Assembly: GCA_963666345.1 (NCBI GenBank) | Contig: OY762721.1 | Coordinates: forward strand, 3,360,001 to 3,424,000 | Origin: Desulfatiglandales bacterium | Lineage (GTDB): Bacteria; Desulfobacterota; DSM-4660; Desulfatiglandales; Desulfatiglandaceae | Direction: 5' to 3' | Length of the DNA: 64,000 nucleotides | Shown: in pieces, positions 57,921-64,000 of the stretch | Layout of the letters: each line of letters begins with the position of its first letter | How positions within the stretch are numbered: position 1 is the stretch's first letter | Notes under the pieces: model-generated | Seen by the model: the letters and a program-made list of their open reading frames with translations, nothing else | What the model was told of the DNA's origin: nothing | Databases searched by the model: none | Position numbers and translations under genes: made by a program

Positions 57921-58638
57921 TATCATGGACCAGATGGAAAAACTAAAGTTGCGGGGTATGCAGTCCATTTATGATGAAGTTGTCTCCAATGGACGCAAGA
58001 GCCATTCAACGCCTGAAAAGGTAATCCTGGAACTGCTCAAGGCTGAAGCTGCCGAAAGATATATAAGGAGTATCCGATATCGTATGGGACAGGCCAGGTT
58101 TCCTGTCCTTAAAGATATCGATGGCTTTGATTTTAACGGGGCCTGTGTTGATGAAGCCCAGATTAGGTCTATTTATCAGGGTGATTTTATAGCCGAACAT
58201 ATCAACCTGATTTTTGTAGGTGGCACCGGTACGGGCAAAACCCATTTAGCCATAACTATAGCGGCCCAGGCCATAAGGAATGGCAGGAAGTGCAAGTTTT
58301 ATAACCTGGTGGATCTGGCAAATGAGCTTGAGCAGGAGAAAATGATTGGATTGGCCGGCAAAATCACAGCAAGACTACTTCGATTTGATCTTGTGGTCCT
58401 CGATGAACTGGGTTATCTGCCTTTTTCCAAAAACGGCAGTCAACTGCTCTTTCATCTTATATCAAAACTCTACGAACAGACATCCATAGTAATCACCACC
58501 AACTTGACCTTCGGTGAATGGCCCCAAGTCTTTGGAGATAAAAAAATGACTACGGCCATGCTTGATCGGTTGACTCATCATTGTGAAATTATAGAAACAG
58601 GTAACGAAAGCTGGAGAATGAAACACGCAGCTTCATAG
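57907..58638 (+). CDS. istB: IS21 helper ATPase
   Basis: Protein identical to 46487-47218. Confidence 0.96.
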   Translation: MLRNDIMDQMEKLKLRGMQSIYDEVVSNGRKSHSTPEKVILELLKAEAAERYIRSIRYRMGQARFPVLKDIDGFDFNGACVDEAQIRSIYQGDFIAEHINLIFVGGTGTGKTHLAITIAAQAIRNGRKCKFYNLVDLANELEQEKMIGLAGKITARLLRFDLVVLDELGYLPFSKNGSQLLFHLISKLYEQTSIVITTNLTFGEWPQVFGDKKMTTAMLDRLTHHCEIIETGNESWRMKHAAS

Positions 58639-59304
58639 ATAAAGAAGGGATCAACTACTCAACTATTTAACCATATTTTTTTCTCAGGGGTGGGTCAATT
58701 TTGGACGCCGATGATGGGTCAATTTTCAACGCCTATTGACAATTCTATTGGCTTCTATCAGATCGCTTAAATCAAAATTAGCAGTATCGCTAGCATCTAA
58801 TAACGGACCATACCTAGCTTCTGTGTCTCTAAATCTTTTATTTAAACCGTGGTTAACATATTTCCTTTTTGAATTACACATTACCCATGTCAGTGTTCGA
58901 TCTTCAAAATCATTTTCAGTTGTTGTAGTTGAAAATCTCTTGAATCTGCGCGCTGCTTTCCGATTGCAAGTATCATATCTTTCACAAGTAAAACCTTTTG
59001 CCTTGCAAGGCTTCCTGATTGTTGGCTCTTTCTTGGGGATATTTGGTTCTGTGTCTGTCTGATTGATTTTAACTGTTGGAGGTCTATTTATAGGATATAG
59101 CCAATCCTTGTAGTCATTTTCAGGCATATATAGAGATTTCCGCTTTTCGTTGGCTGGTTTCCAGCGGGTCATATCAGCCCAAAAAGTATCAGCTATGTCA
59201 GTTAATTTAAAGATAACATACCCCCATACAACCAGTTTAAGGGCCACACAATAAAACTCAAGAAAAATCAAAACGCTATTGTAAGAAATCTGGTTCATAG
59301 TCAG

Positions 59305-59366
59305 CATTTTGCTAACATTTTGCTAACACTTGGCGGAAAATACCCCCCTATGTCACCTTATGTCAC
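59305..59366. repeat. integrase arm-type/accessory sites, right
   Basis: CATTTTGCTAA x2 (59305-59326) and TATGTCAC x2 (59349-59366), inside the element near attR. Confidence 0.65.
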
Positions 59367-59460
59367 TAGGTATCATATAGGCATTTAACTTACTGAATTA
59401 ATTTAAGAATAACGTTAAATTTGACTTATTTAAGCAAAGGAAAGAAAATGTTTATGCGGG

Positions 59461-59476
59461 TTGAAATCCCATATTT
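59461..59476. repeat. attR core TTGAAATCCCATATTT
   Basis: Exact direct repeat of 44082-44097. Confidence 0.85.
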
Positions 59477-59803
59477 CAATGAATATATTCCTGCATACGC
59501 ACCAAAGGGCGTCAATGGGAAAGAGTAAAAAACCGGGCCCGGAGGGTCGGGAATAGGGTTACCCCTGAAAAGAGCAGGCTGCTATGCAGGGCATTTTAAG
59601 ATGCCTAAAGGTAAGTGCCCGGCATTCATAAAATTAAGGAACCCTGCAAGGTCAAGAAACGGCTGAGTGGATCCGATCCTCATTTAGGCAGTTTTAGCTT
59701 TTGAGCATTACAGGTACTTCGATTCATTCGGGGATAGCGATTTATCAGGCCTGGGTCAAAGGACCAAGTATTCTATAATGAAATAAAATATAGGTGGTAA
59801 AAT

Positions 59804-61618
59804 ATGGATGGATATGAAATTACACTTGAGGATTCCCGTGACGGGGAACTTCCTGATCAGAAAGAGCTTGAGAAGGAACTGGGTGATTATCTTTCAAAGA
59901 AGTATGGAAACAGGGTAAAGATAATGTCGCCACTCGTGTTTCCGAAAAATGATGAACTGTCAACGGAACAGTCAGGAGGGGAAGGCGGAGGAGTTCTGGC
60001 CGATTTCGACCTTCTGCCTGAAGAACTTGAAAGTTATCTCCAGAGTTTTGTGGTAAAGCAGGATGACGCAAAGGCTGTTTTGTCCACAAAGGTGTGTACC
60101 CATTTCAACAGGATTAAACATTTCAAAAAACTGAAATCAAGGAAGAACGGATCCGGTGTCGGAATGATCAAGAACAATGTGTTGATGATCGGACCGACCG
60201 GAGTGGGAAAGACATATATTATAAAACTTATCGCCGAAAAACTTGGTGTCCCGTTTGTAAAGGGAGATGCCACCAAATTCAGCGAAACCGGATATGTGGG
60301 AGGTGATGTCGAGGACCTTGTACGCGATCTTGTTTATGAGGCGGATGAAGACATCGAACTTGCGGAAAACGGTATAATCTATATCGATGAGATAGACAAA
60401 ATCTCGTCATCTCAGAATATCATAGGCCACGATGTGTCAAGGACCGGAGTTCAGAGGGCTCTGCTGAAACCCATGGAAGAGACGGACGTGGATCTCAAGG
60501 TAGCCCATGATCCGATCTCTCAGATACAGGCCATAGAGCAGTACCGAAGGACGGGGAAAAAGGAAAAAAAGGTCGTAAATACCAAAAATATCCTTTTTAT
60601 AATGAGTGGTGCCTTTGGTGAACTCACCAAGATAATAAGAAAGAGGCTTCAGAGTCAGGGTATAGGTTTTGAGGCGGATGTGAGACCAGCGGAGATCCCC
60701 TGGGAGATTCTCAAGGAGACAACCGCCCAGGATCTTGTAGAATTCGGGTTTGAATCGGAATTTGTCGGCAGGCTTCCGGTTATCGTGGTCTTTGATGAAT
60801 TGAAAAAGGAAGATCTGTTTGAAATCCTCAAAAATCCGAATAATCCTATTGTCATAAGCAAGCGTCTCGATTTCGGGGCCTACGGAATAGACATGGAATT
60901 TGAAGAAGAGGCCCTGAGCAGGATAGCCGACCTTGCAGCCATTGAAACGACCGGGGCCAGGGGGATAGTGAGCGCGGTTGAAAGGACACTGATACCTTTT
61001 GAAAAGAGGCTTCCATCGACAGATATGAATAAATTTCTGGTTACCCCTGAACTGGTTGATGATCCTCATTGCTACCTGGACTGGTTGATAAATAACCCTG
61101 ATAATGAGGATACGTGCCTAAGATTCGACAAGGCGAGGGAAAAACAACTCGCCCATATAAGGGAATATATCCTGGAAAGGGCGGAGGAGCTGGGCAGAAG
61201 ACTCGGTATGGAGATTTACGATAAGAGGGTGGACCTGATAGCCGTGCTCAGCATGAAAACGCCGTCGGCCATAACAAAGGCGATAGATGATTTCCGCCAG
61301 ATGTATAACGAGGTAAGGATTGAGGAGTCATCGCTGGTGGAAAGCCTTGAGGTGAATTTTTCCTTTGATGACAGCGCAATTGATGAGATAGTCGGAAAGG
61401 CCATCGAGACAGGTCAGCAGGCCGGGGAACTCGCCATGCAGGTGGTAAAAAGGCTCGAGTATGGGCTTAAGCTTGTGAAAGACAGATCCGGCATGGATGA
61501 GTTCACCATAAACGATGAGGCCGTGCGGGACATGGAAAATTTTATAAACAGGCTTATTAAGATTTACTACAGACAGGATTACGAACCGGTACGTGAATCA
61601 GAGGAAAAAGGAGACTGA
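59804..61618 (+). CDS. ClpX-like AAA+ ATPase (no N-terminal Zn finger, C-terminal extension)
   Basis: GPTGVGKT, DATKFSETGYVGGDVE, YIDEIDK, DVSRTGVQ.ALLK, IGF loop, EFVGRLP, TGARG. Confidence 0.88.
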   Translation: MDGYEITLEDSRDGELPDQKELEKELGDYLSKKYGNRVKIMSPLVFPKNDELSTEQSGGEGGGVLADFDLLPEELESYLQSFVVKQDDAKAVLSTKVCTHFNRIKHFKKLKSRKNGSGVGMIKNNVLMIGPTGVGKTYIIKLIAEKLGVPFVKGDATKFSETGYVGGDVEDLVRDLVYEADEDIELAENGIIYIDEIDKISSSQNIIGHDVSRTGVQRALLKPMEETDVDLKVAHDPISQIQAIEQYRRTGKKEKKVVNTKNILFIMSGAFGELTKIIRKRLQSQGIGFEADVRPAEIPWEILKETTAQDLVEFGFESEFVGRLPVIVVFDELKKEDLFEILKNPNNPIVISKRLDFGAYGIDMEFEEEALSRIADLAAIETTGARGIVSAVERTLIPFEKRLPSTDMNKFLVTPELVDDPHCYLDWLINNPDNEDTCLRFDKAREKQLAHIREYILERAEELGRRLGMEIYDKRVDLIAVLSMKTPSAITKAIDDFRQMYNEVRIEESSLVESLEVNFSFDDSAIDEIVGKAIETGQQAGELAMQVVKRLEYGLKLVKDRSGMDEFTINDEAVRDMENFINRLIKIYYRQDYEPVRESEEKGD

Positions 61619-61629
61619 TTGGGAGACAT

Positions 61630-62808
61630 ATGATTGGAATATCGAAACTTTACTGCGGAACGGTGGAACCCTCGGATGCATTAAGATATGGAAGGCGCTC
61701 AAAGGACCTTCCCTCACATCTTCTCCAGTTTTCTCTTGATAAGAAGCCGGTGGTGGTGTGGAATATTACAAGGGCATGCAATCTAAACTGTGTTCACTGC
61801 TATGCCAGGGCGGGTGAAAAAGTACGGGAAAAGGAACTTTCCTACGGACAGGGTGTTTGTCTGATAGACGATCTCGCCGATTTCGGGGTGCCTGTTATCC
61901 TTTTTTCAGGCGGTGAACCGCTCATGCACCCTGATCTCATCAGATTCGCCAGTTATGCCGTCAAAAAGGGGATCAGGGCGGTCATCTCAACAAACGGCAC
62001 TCTCATAGACAAAGACAAGGCAAAAGGGCTCAAGGAGATCGGTCTGTCGTACGTAGGGGTCAGCCTTGACGGGATGGAGCCTATACATGATCGATTCCGG
62101 GGTAAAAAGGGCGCCTTCAAAGAGGCTATTCAGGGTTTGAAAAACTGTCAGGAGGCAGGACTCAAGGTAGGTCTGCGTTTTACCATCAACAAGATGAATG
62201 CGGGGGAACTACCGGCCATCTTCGATCTGCTCGAGGAATATGATATCCCCAGGGCCTGTTTCTATCACCTCGTCTATTCAGGCAGAGGTTCAAACCTTGT
62301 TCATGACGATCTGAATCACGATGAAACCAGGGATGTCGTAGACCTCATAATGAAAAGGACCAGGCAGATGCATCAGAAGGGGCTTGAAAAGGAGATCCTG
62401 ACTGTTGATAATCATGCAGATGGTCCATACCTCTATCTCAAGATGGTGGAAGAGAATGATCCGAGGGCCGGTGAGGTACTGGAACTTCTTGAAATGAACC
62501 AGGGAAACAGCTCGGGAAGGGGAATAGGTTGCGTCAGCTGGGACGGATCGGTCTATGCGGATCAGTTCTGGAGGCATCATAGCTTCGGAAATGTTCTGGA
62601 AAGGCCCTTTAGTGAAATCTGGTCCGATCTTTCAGATCCGCTTATGGCAAGACTGAAGGAAAAAAAGAGATATGTAAAGGGCCGCTGCGCCGGATGTCGG
62701 TGGCTGTCCGTTTGCGCTGGGAATTTCCGCGTCAGGGCGGAGGCCGTTACAGGAGATATATGGGCCCCGGATCCTGCCTGCTATCTGACGGATGAAGAGA
62801 TCTCCTGA
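61630..62808 (+). CDS. ahbC: 12,18-didecarboxysiroheme deacetylase, radical SAM (NirJ1-type)
   Basis: [22 protein letters not shown]...KKPVVVWN; CxxxCxx[28 protein letters not shown]; upstream of hemB. Confidence 0.93.
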   Translation: MIGISKLYCGTVEPSDALRYGRRSKDLPSHLLQFSLDKKPVVVWNITRACNLNCVHCYARAGEKVREKELSYGQGVCLIDDLADFGVPVILFSGGEPLMHPDLIRFASYAVKKGIRAVISTNGTLIDKDKAKGLKEIGLSYVGVSLDGMEPIHDRFRGKKGAFKEAIQGLKNCQEAGLKVGLRFTINKMNAGELPAIFDLLEEYDIPRACFYHLVYSGRGSNLVHDDLNHDETRDVVDLIMKRTRQMHQKGLEKEILTVDNHADGPYLYLKMVEENDPRAGEVLELLEMNQGNSSGRGIGCVSWDGSVYADQFWRHHSFGNVLERPFSEIWSDLSDPLMARLKEKKRYVKGRCAGCRWLSVCAGNFRVRAEAVTGDIWAPDPACYLTDEEIS

Positions 62809-62849
62809 CGGAAAACCGAATCCTCACAAAGGAAAGGACAAATCGTAAT

Positions 62850-63818
62850 ATGATCATAAGACCCAGAAGACTGAGAAAAACCCCCGCAATAAGGGACATG
62901 GTGCGAGAGACCTCCCTTTCCGTAAAAGATTTCATTGCGCCTCTTTTTGTAAAACCGGGAAAAGGCAAGGCGGACCCCATAGCCTCAATGCCGGGGCAGT
63001 ACCAGTATTCCGTGGATACCCTTACGGAAAAGACAAAGGTGTTGAATGGGCTTGGGATCCCGTCCGTTATCCTTTTCGGAATTCCGGACAGCAAGGATGA
63101 TTCCGGCAGCAGGTCCTGGGCGGAGGACGGCATAGTCCAGCAGGCGGTATCATCGATAAAGAATGCCGTTCCTGATATCGTGGTTATCACGGATGTGTGC
63201 CTGTGTGAGTATACCGATCATGGCCACTGCGGGGTTATAAGGGACGGCGAAGTGGACAATGACGCAACCCTTGAGCTGCTGGCAAGGCAGGCGGTATCCC
63301 ACGCGGCGGCAGGCGCCGACTTCGTGGCCCCGTCCGACATGATGGATGGGCGGGTGGCGGCGATAAGAGACGCTCTTGAGGCGGAGAATTTCAAGAATAC
63401 CGGGATACTTTCCTATGCGGTCAAGTACGCCTCCGCGTTTTACGGGCCTTTCCGTGACGCGGCCGATTCCACGCCCCGGTTCGGTGACAGGTCGGGGTAT
63501 CAGATGGACCCTGCAAATTCGCAGGAGGCAATCAAAGAGGCCCTGCTGGATATCGAGGAAGGTGCCGACATGATCATGGTAAAACCCGCCATGCCCTATC
63601 TGGATGTAATAAGAAATGTGCGCGAGATCAGCCTTCTGCCTCTGGCAGCCTACAACGTGAGCGGGGAATATGCCATGCTAAAGGCCGCCGATAGCAAGGG
63701 GTGGCTGGACGGCAAAAGGGCCATGATGGAAATGCTGACATCCATAAAGAGGGCCGGTGCCGACCTTATTATCTCATATTTTTCAGAAGAAGCAGCCCGC
63801 AGCCTTAAGGGGCTTTAG
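62850..63818 (+). CDS. hemB: porphobilinogen synthase
   Basis: [48 protein letters not shown]. Confidence 0.98.
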   Translation: MIIRPRRLRKTPAIRDMVRETSLSVKDFIAPLFVKPGKGKADPIASMPGQYQYSVDTLTEKTKVLNGLGIPSVILFGIPDSKDDSGSRSWAEDGIVQQAVSSIKNAVPDIVVITDVCLCEYTDHGHCGVIRDGEVDNDATLELLARQAVSHAAAGADFVAPSDMMDGRVAAIRDALEAENFKNTGILSYAVKYASAFYGPFRDAADSTPRFGDRSGYQMDPANSQEAIKEALLDIEEGADMIMVKPAMPYLDVIRNVREISLLPLAAYNVSGEYAMLKAADSKGWLDGKRAMMEMLTSIKRAGADLIISYFSEEAARSLKGL

Positions 63819-63904
63819 CCTCAGGCTTCCTTCCTAAGGAAACAGCCTATAAAAGAGGAGTGCTATGATGAAATTACCCGAGTTGCCCATGGGAGGGCGT
63901 TGTT

Positions 63905-64000
63905 TTGCGAAGTTCAGTTGAAAAGAAAGTGCGACCCGGCAGTCAGTTAAGGCTTGTGGCATGGGAGGTGACTCGTAAGTGCAATCTGAACTGCGTTCAC
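63905..64000 (+). CDS. ahbD: heme b synthase, radical SAM (NirJ2-type); only the 5' end is in the window
   Basis: TTG 63905 after GGGAGG gives ...GSQLRLVAWEVTRKCNLNCVH, the start of CxxxCxxC; ahbC-hemB-ahbD order. Confidence 0.8.
   Translation, partial: MRSSVEKKVRPGSQLRLVAWEVTRKCNLNCVH

Larger units (their letters stand above)
56289..58741 (+). mobile_element. IS21-family insertion sequence, copy 2 (2453 bp, intact)
   Basis: IRL TGTGAATCGGCATGCAAAAATGACCC; reverse-complemented IRR TGTCAATAGGCGTTGAAAATTGACCC; flanks GTTCTAT / ATTCTAT. Confidence 0.95.
55003..59307 (-). pseudogene. large Cys-rich protein with sigma70 region-4-like HTH, split by IS21 copy 2
   Basis: The 5' part (58742-59307, ...DLIEANR) and the 3' part (55003-56288, NRTEWANIEG...) rejoin in frame across the duplicated target TTCTAT; the true start codon is uncertain. 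Confidence 0.7.
44082..59476 (-). mobile_element. integrated phage-satellite (PICI-like) element, IS-damaged
   Basis: 16-bp flanking direct repeat; integrase at one end; Prim-Pol, AlpA, TerS and tape-measure genes all on the minus strand; visibly more AT-rich than the flanks; no capsid, portal or TerL. Confidence 0.85.

Noticed and set aside
63865..63921. 18-aa ORF (MMKLPELPMGGRCFAKFS) with a strong RBS before ahbD
   Set aside because: Too short to support; it could be a leader peptide, but there is no independent evidence
63929..64000. GTGCGAC as a group II intron 5' end
   Set aside because: The sequence is the coding start of ahbD (LRLVAWEVTRKCNLNCVH)

Overview
Chromosomal window from an anaerobic, aromatic-degrading deltaproteobacterium. 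The taxon is probably Desulfobacterota, inferred from the dch/oah/had genes, the ahbC-hemB-ahbD alternative heme pathway and the PurL/PurQ architecture. From left to right: (1) an accessory stretch with a decayed CRISPR module (frameshifted cas6 plus an NE0113-type CARF fragment, no array) and an AAA-DUF4143 ATPase; (2) the benzoyl-CoA ring-cleavage genes SDR-had-oah-dch, coupled to a YerA-like deaminase; (3) core genes (K+ channel, rlpA, ihfA, coaD, rsmD, pssA, psd, tsaB, rseP, dxr, cdsA, uppS, frr, pyrH, tsf, rpsB); (4) a LIV-type ABC transporter with two acyl-CoA synthetases; (5) recO, a thiolase, an unannotated 46-aa basic protein and purQ/purL, with a strongly structured, pseudoknot-capable purL leader that is a candidate new riboswitch; (6) a ~15.4-kb integrated phage-satellite-like element (44082-59476); (7) a ClpX-like ATPase and ahbC-hemB-ahbD. 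The element is bounded by 16-bp att repeats and arm-type repeats. It carries a tyrosine integrase, a Prim-Pol/helicase with internal iterons, AlpA/XRE/MerR regulators, a P27-like small terminase, a tape-measure protein and a ribosomal protein bS21 homologue, but no capsid, portal or large terminase gene. Two IS21 copies with identical IstA/IstB have damaged it. All calls come from reading motifs by eye; no database searches were run.
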